From Lachnospiraceae bacterium (lineage in GTDB: Bacteria > Bacillota > Clostridia > Lachnospirales > Lachnospiraceae), in assembly GCA_029219245.1 (NCBI GenBank), contig JAQXTA010000011.1:7977-71976 (forward strand): a DNA stretch of 64,000 nt, given 5' to 3'. Both the position numbers and the translations under genes were made by a program. The notes under the pieces are model-generated. The model had not been told where the DNA came from and searched no databases. It worked only from the letters and a program-made list of their open reading frames with translations. Positions within the stretch are counted from its first letter, which is position 1. Each line of letters opens with the position of its first letter. Positions 58,688 through 64,000 of this stretch are shown here, one piece after another.

Positions 58688-59671
58688 ATGATTTTTAAAT
58701 GTAAAAATTGCGGCGGCAATGCGGTTTATGAGCCGGGCAGAAAAAGGATGTATTGCCCTCATTGTGAAAGCCTGGACAGTGAGGATATTGTTCCGGACAG
58801 TTCGATTACTCAATGTGTGAACTGTGGAGCACCGATTAATATTGGAGAATACACTTCGGCAAGCAAATGCGCACACTGCGGAAGTTATATTGTTTTTAAC
58901 GAAAGGGTAGAAGGAGTTTATGAGCCGCATCTGATATTGCCCTTTAAAATCAATAAGGATGCAGCCGTTGAAGCACTGAATACAGAGTTTAAGAAAAGAA
59001 CTTTTACGCCATCCGGTTTTCTCTCTGAAAAGAGTCTGGAAGGTATGCAGGGGATTTATGTACCTTTCTGGATGTACGATTATCAGGCACAATATGATTT
59101 TGAAGGAACCGCTACGAGGGTGCGTACATGGACCAGCGGCAATACGGAATATACCGAAACTTCCTACTACGATGTGGAGCGTCATATGAAAGCCGGTTTT
59201 GATAAGGTGCCTGTGGATGCTTCTCTGGCTATGGAAGACGGGGAAATGGATTTGATGGAACCCTATACTTATGAAGAACTGGAAGGGTTTAACCCGAAAT
59301 ATATGTCTGGATTTTTTGGAGAAGTATATAATCAGAGTGCACCGGAACTAGAGGGGCGTGCGAAAGAAAAGGTGCGGGATGCTTCGGATAAGCTGATGAG
59401 TCAGTCGCTTTCCGGTTACAGCTCGGTTACCCCGAAAAGTAAACAACTGAATTTGGAAAGAGATGGGATAAATTATACATTGCTTCCGGTATGGATGTAT
59501 CTGTACCAGTATCGTGGCAAAACCTATCGATTCCATGTAAATGGGCAGACCGGTAAGGTAATCGGGAAAACACCGGTATCCAAAGCCAAGGTACTTGCAT
59601 ATGGTCTTTCTGCGTTTGTTTATGTGAGCGCAATCGTATCTTTGGCAATTGAGATTCTGGAGGTGCTGTAA
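58688..59671 (+). CDS. Zinc-ribbon membrane protein (YdjG-like)
   Basis: Four CxxC pairs, YVPFW, LLPVW, VNGQTGKVIG, C-terminal TM. Confidence 0.8.
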   Translation: MIFKCKNCGGNAVYEPGRKRMYCPHCESLDSEDIVPDSSITQCVNCGAPINIGEYTSASKCAHCGSYIVFNERVEGVYEPHLILPFKINKDAAVEALNTEFKKRTFTPSGFLSEKSLEGMQGIYVPFWMYDYQAQYDFEGTATRVRTWTSGNTEYTETSYYDVERHMKAGFDKVPVDASLAMEDGEMDLMEPYTYEELEGFNPKYMSGFFGEVYNQSAPELEGRAKEKVRDASDKLMSQSLSGYSSVTPKSKQLNLERDGINYTLLPVWMYLYQYRGKTYRFHVNGQTGKVIGKTPVSKAKVLAYGLSAFVYVSAIVSLAIEILEVL

Positions 59672-60546
59672 TGAAAGAATATTTTAAGTTTTTCAGATGG
59701 GTACTGCTTGTAATTGGTATTCTGTCTGTGATTTTACTGGGAATTAACGGTTTACATAATATTATGTCGAAAGCAAGATATTATGAAAGAACGAATACAG
59801 AGTGTAAGACCACGCAGAGGGTTTTTGATTATGCAGATGTTCTGACGGATAAAGAGGAACAGAAACTGGAAACACTGATCGCAAAAAGAGAGAAACAGAC
59901 CTGTTGTGATATTGTTCTGGTTACTTTGAATGAATCCTTGAAGGAGTACGCAAGAGAGATAGAACCGGGAGTTTCCTATGACCAGTTTGTCAGAGTTTTT
60001 GCGGAACAGTTTTATGAAGAAAATAATTTTGGATATAATAAAGCCAATGGTGATGGTGTCATTCTGGTAGATAACTGGTACCGCGAGGATGACGGAAGAA
60101 TTTATACCTGGTTTTGTACGACGGGAATTGTAAAAGATACTTATGATGATGTGTCGATTGACCATATTCTGGACCGGGTATACCGGGATATTGAAAGCAA
60201 TCCCTATCTTGCTTATAAAACCTATGTCAATGACTTCTACGATGATATGATGGGAAGCCGGTTCTATGATGCAGATGTATCGAAAGGACTGCCTTTTGTT
60301 ATAGGTGTAATTGCAGCGGTTATCTTTATTGTAATGAACTGGAAATCCCGCAGTGGTAAAGACACAACAACGGCAGTTACTTATGTGACAGGCAAACGGG
60401 CTAATTTCTCCAACAGTAAGGATCTTTTCCTTCGTAAGACAGTTACGAAACGCCATATTGAAACAAGCAGCGGTAGTGGCGGAGGCGGTCACAGCGGTGG
60501 AGGCGGTGGCGGTGGAAGCCATGGTGGCGGAGGCCACAGCCGTTAA
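59671..60546 (+). CDS. TPM-domain protein (YdjH-like)
   Basis: VFDYADVLT.KEE, DGVIL, TM, Gly-rich tail SHGGGGHSR. Confidence 0.85.
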   Translation: MKEYFKFFRWVLLVIGILSVILLGINGLHNIMSKARYYERTNTECKTTQRVFDYADVLTDKEEQKLETLIAKREKQTCCDIVLVTLNESLKEYAREIEPGVSYDQFVRVFAEQFYEENNFGYNKANGDGVILVDNWYREDDGRIYTWFCTTGIVKDTYDDVSIDHILDRVYRDIESNPYLAYKTYVNDFYDDMMGSRFYDADVSKGLPFVIGVIAAVIFIVMNWKSRSGKDTTTAVTYVTGKRANFSNSKDLFLRKTVTKRHIETSSGSGGGGHSGGGGGGGSHGGGGHSR

Positions 60547-60565
60547 AAGTACAAAATAAGAGTAC

Positions 60566-60604
60566 AAAAAACCACCTCACATGACGGTATGAGGTGGTTT
60601 TTTA
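60566..60604. terminator. Bidirectional terminator
   Basis: aaaaaaccacctca...tgaggtggtttttt. Confidence 0.85.
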
Positions 60605-60639
60605 TGTTTTATTTTCGTATGTCTTATTTATTGCAACAA

Positions 60640-60903
60640 TTAAGCCATCTTATGTCCTGCCTGTGCTAAACGGGATACTTTTCTGGAAGCTGTATTTTTG
60701 TGTAATACACCTTTCTTAGCAGCCTTATCAATGGTAGCTGTAGCAGCAACTAATGCAGCACTTGCAGCTTCTTTGTCGTTAGCAGCGATAGCAGCGGTTA
60801 CCTTCTTAACAGAAGTTTTAACGCCGGATTTGATAGCTTTATTTCTATCAGCCTTGGTTCTGTTAACTAAAATTCTTTTCTTTGCAGATTTGATATTAGC
60901 CAA
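60640..60903 (-). CDS. rpsT: 30S ribosomal protein S20
   Basis: TTG start after GGAGG; ANIKSAKKR...HKNTASRKVSRL. Confidence 0.97.
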   Translation of the reverse strand: MANIKSAKKRILVNRTKADRNKAIKSGVKTSVKKVTAAIAANDKEAASAALVAATATIDKAAKKGVLHKNTASRKVSRLAQAGHKMA

Positions 60904-61136
60904 GATGCACACCTCCTATTGGAATCATTTTTTAAGGAAAGTGTCTCATTAAATCCGGACACGGACGTTTTAATGGAAACACACGCATATTATTTTAGAA
61001 TAAGCAATCCTTTCTGTCAATACATATTTTCAAACTTTTTGTAAAAACTAGAATCAAGATGTGTATGGCGCAGTACAGGCTGTATTTGCATATAGTAAAC
61101 TGAGAAAAAGGAAAGAAGAAACGAGGATGGGATGAT

Positions 61137-62009
61137 ATGGGGTGGTTTCAAGTCAGAACGGACCTTGCATTGGAAGCAAGAGAAAGTATTGACGGCAAGG
61201 AAAACGATATTCATGGTATAAAAGTAGAAGAAGAATTTGATGAAAAAAGTGATGTGCACATTACTAAGGTTATCATAGAAACCAAAAACGGTGCGAAGGC
61301 AATGGGAAAGCCAATGGGTACCTATGTTACGCTGGAAGCTCCGGGAATGATTGAACCGGAGGAAGATTATCATCAGGAAATTTCAGATATTCTGGCAAAG
61401 GAAATCCGAAATCTTTTACCGGAACCGGAGAAAGAAAAGTCGATTCTCGTTGTAGGGCTTGGAAACAGGGATGTGACGGCGGATTCTTTGGGACCCAATG
61501 TGGTAGATAATCTCTTTATCAACAGACATATTGTAATGGAATATGGAAAGGTGGCATATAACTGTTCCAAAATGCATATGGTCAGTAGTCTGGTTCCGGG
61601 AGTTATGGCCAAAACCGGTATGGAATCTGCAGAAATCATAAGGGGAGTAATTGAACAGACGCATCCGGATTTCGTAATTGTAATTGATGCACTGGCGGCA
61701 CGTTCCACCAAACGCTTAAATCGTACGATACAGATTACGAATACGGGCATTCATCCCGGCTCCGGTGTTGGAAATTACCGTAATGCCCTGAATGAAGAAA
61801 GTCTGCATGTTCCGGTTATGGCACTTGGTGTACCAACGGTAGTGGATGCGGCAACCATCGTAGGAGATGCCTTGGGAGAGTATCCGAGTGCTCTTTCCGA
61901 ACTCAACAATATGTATGTAACCAGTAAAGATGTAGATGCACAAGTGCAGCAGATAGGACATATTCTTTGTGATGCACTAAATAAGGCTCTGGATATCTCA
62001 TTAGCGTGA
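61137..62009 (+). CDS. gpr: Germination protease GPR
   Basis: RTDLALE, VGLGN..TADSLGP, IDALAAR, GVPTVVDA. Confidence 0.95.
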   Translation: MGWFQVRTDLALEARESIDGKENDIHGIKVEEEFDEKSDVHITKVIIETKNGAKAMGKPMGTYVTLEAPGMIEPEEDYHQEISDILAKEIRNLLPEPEKEKSILVVGLGNRDVTADSLGPNVVDNLFINRHIVMEYGKVAYNCSKMHMVSSLVPGVMAKTGMESAEIIRGVIEQTHPDFVIVIDALAARSTKRLNRTIQITNTGIHPGSGVGNYRNALNEESLHVPVMALGVPTVVDAATIVGDALGEYPSALSELNNMYVTSKDVDAQVQQIGHILCDALNKALDISLA

Positions 62010-62107
62010 AGTATCCTGTTAGCATGAACAATCCTGTAACCTGCATATAATAAAAAGTGAAGGGTATTCAGGAAAGCCTATATGCCCGGATAGGATGAAG
62101 CAGGTTC

Positions 62108-63532
62108 ATGAAAAAAAGAAGGTTGACGGGCAAATGGAATAGTGAGATTCATATCGGGCGCGGTCTTTTCAGAATTGCGCTCTTTGTGTTATGTGTTTTT
62201 GCGGGAGTCGCTTTGCTAAAGGAAGTGATTACGGAAAGACAGAAAGAGGAGAAAGAAGATACTTTTTCATTACAAAAATGGATGGAGCAGTCGGTCATGG
62301 AGACGTGGTTCCCGGGGGGTACGATTTTCTTTGACGAAACCAATCCCTATGAACATAGTCTGAGTGACCGACTCGTAATGGAAAATCTTCCGGTGTTTTT
62401 GTATAGTATGGAACAGCCGGATGCCTCCGATATTGGAAAACGGACGGAAAGTGACTATGAAGAGCTTCTTTTGTTAGAAGGGACAGATGAGGATAAGAAA
62501 GGAATTGATGAAGAGGAACTGGAATATGACGAGGATGCCATTCATCTGGACAAAAGCTTAGAGGAGGCCTTTTTAGAGGAAAATGGACGCATAGGTGCAA
62601 GTCAGGAATCCGGAGAAAAGGGCAAAGAAAGAACAGAAGGGAAAGACGACTCGGAAAACAATAAGAAAGCAGAAGAAAATAGTGAGAATATGACAGGTGA
62701 ACAGAGTGTGCAGGGAGCATCTCCAGAATTCCACGAGGTGGAGGAGCCTGCTTATCGGTATCAATGGGGAGAACTGCAAAACTATGAGTCTTTGGTAAAG
62801 GCTTTTTATGCGATTGACAGTACGACAGCGGCAGGAGAAGCTCTGCTCAATACAGAAAAACTTCTGGGAAAGGATATGCGGATGCAGGGAAGCAATGAAA
62901 ATCCGCAGATTTTAATTTATCATACCCATTCCCAGGAAAGCTTTGCAGATTCTGTTCCGGGAGATGAATCCACAACGATCGTAGGAGCCGGAGAGAAATT
63001 AGCGGAGCTGCTGCGGGATAAGTATGGTTACAACGTGATACATTATACGGAAAGCTTTGACAAAGAAGCCAGAGATTATGCTTATACCAACGCTTTGCCG
63101 GCAGTAGAACAGGTACTTGCCGACAATCCGAGTATTGAGGTCGTAATTGACTTACATAGGGACGAAATGCCGGATGACAGAAGGCTGGTGATGGATTTAC
63201 AGGGCAGACCAACGGCACAGTTTATGTTTTTTAACGGTTTGAGCAGAACCAAAAGCGGTGCTACGATAGAATATCTGGAAAATCCAAATCTGGAAGAAAA
63301 CCTGGCATTCTCTTTTCAGATGCAGGTGGCAAGTAACGAATATTATCCGGGCATTGCCAGAAGGATTTATTTAAAAGCCTATCGTTATAATATGCATCTT
63401 CGGGGAAAATCTCTTTTGATTGAACTGGGGGCACAGAACAATACGGTGGAGGAAATCATGAATGCCGTCGATCCGCTTGCGCACGTTATCCATCTGGTAC
63501 TGTCGGGCAACGAACCGGACAGGGATTCGTAA
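62108..63532 (+). CDS. spoIIP: Stage II sporulation protein P
   Basis: ILIYHTHSQESF, IDLHRD, RYNMHL, LIELGAQNN; follows gpr. Confidence 0.92.
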   Translation: MKKRRLTGKWNSEIHIGRGLFRIALFVLCVFAGVALLKEVITERQKEEKEDTFSLQKWMEQSVMETWFPGGTIFFDETNPYEHSLSDRLVMENLPVFLYSMEQPDASDIGKRTESDYEELLLLEGTDEDKKGIDEEELEYDEDAIHLDKSLEEAFLEENGRIGASQESGEKGKERTEGKDDSENNKKAEENSENMTGEQSVQGASPEFHEVEEPAYRYQWGELQNYESLVKAFYAIDSTTAAGEALLNTEKLLGKDMRMQGSNENPQILIYHTHSQESFADSVPGDESTTIVGAGEKLAELLRDKYGYNVIHYTESFDKEARDYAYTNALPAVEQVLADNPSIEVVIDLHRDEMPDDRRLVMDLQGRPTAQFMFFNGLSRTKSGATIEYLENPNLEENLAFSFQMQVASNEYYPGIARRIYLKAYRYNMHLRGKSLLIELGAQNNTVEEIMNAVDPLAHVIHLVLSGNEPDRDS

Positions 63533-63533
63533 G

Positions 63534-63580
63534 TAACAGTTCAGCCAGACTCCTCCTGAAGCAGTCTGGCTGAACTGTTA
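63534..63580. repeat. 18-bp perfect inverted repeat after spoIIP
   Basis: taacagttcagccagact-11 nt-agtctggctgaactgtta. Confidence 0.75.
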
Positions 63581-63685
63581 TGATAATCCGGGCAGGGAAA
63601 ATTGAGAATATGGACATCGGGCGAAGAATTTGCTATACTTTCTCTGTATGTAAAATGGATAGTAGTAGAAAGGCATGGAAGGTAT

Positions 63686-64000
63686 ATGGCAGTAATTGAT
63701 CAGAGCAAAATCAGGAATTTTTGTATTGTAGCCCATATTGATCATGGTAAATCAACATTGGCAGATAGAATTATAGAGAAAACAGGACTTTTGACCAGCA
63801 GAGAAATGCAGGCACAGGTTCTTGATAATATGGATTTGGAGAGAGAGCGTGGCATTACAATTAAAGCGCAGACAGTCCGTATTGTTTATCAGGCAAAAGA
63901 CGGACAGGAATATATTTTTAATTTAATTGATACCCCCGGACATGTCGATTTTAACTATGAAGTCAGCCGAAGTCTTGCTGCCTGTGACGGTGCGATTCTG
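63686..64000 (+). CDS. lepA: Elongation factor 4 LepA (truncated by window end)
   Basis: [47 protein letters not shown]. Confidence 0.96.
   Translation, partial: MAVIDQSKIRNFCIVAHIDHGKSTLADRIIEKTGLLTSREMQAQVLDNMDLERERGITIKAQTVRIVYQAKDGQEYIFNLIDTPGHVDFNYEVSRSLAACDGAIL

Noticed and set aside
59752-60567. 271-aa minus-strand ORF
   Set aside because: Antisense shadow of the TPM-domain gene.

Overview
Chromosomal window of a spore-forming Clostridia bacterium, Lachnospiraceae-like (gpr-spoIIP-lepA, rpsT, typA, pcrA, rlmD, dapA/dapB under a lysine riboswitch, mntP under a yybP-ykoY riboswitch). Main find: a ytlA-like (NMT1/THI5/SsuA-type) ABC substrate-binding lipoprotein gene on the minus strand is split in two (5' half 40015-39435, 3' half 36346-35917) by a 3,088-bp element (36349-39436). 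The element encodes a large serine recombinase and two non-phage cargo genes. Both junctions share a TCTAC core, and the element ends carry a perfect 14-bp inverted repeat placed symmetrically (10-2-10 bp) around an AC dinucleotide. Precise excision would restore an in-frame 336-aa ORF, which suggests a minimal skin-like gene-intervening element in a target gene I do not recall being described. Also present: a candidate GlcNAc-polymer synthase locus (PilZ-like/NodC-HAS-type GT2, two CE4 deacetylase-like proteins, GH18 lipoprotein), a double-Cache hybrid kinase with a His-less pseudo-DHp, three gene remnants (HD-GYP, DHH-family, KilA-N), and a mobile-element scar at the rlmD 3' end. Family calls come from motif recognition only; no database searches were run.
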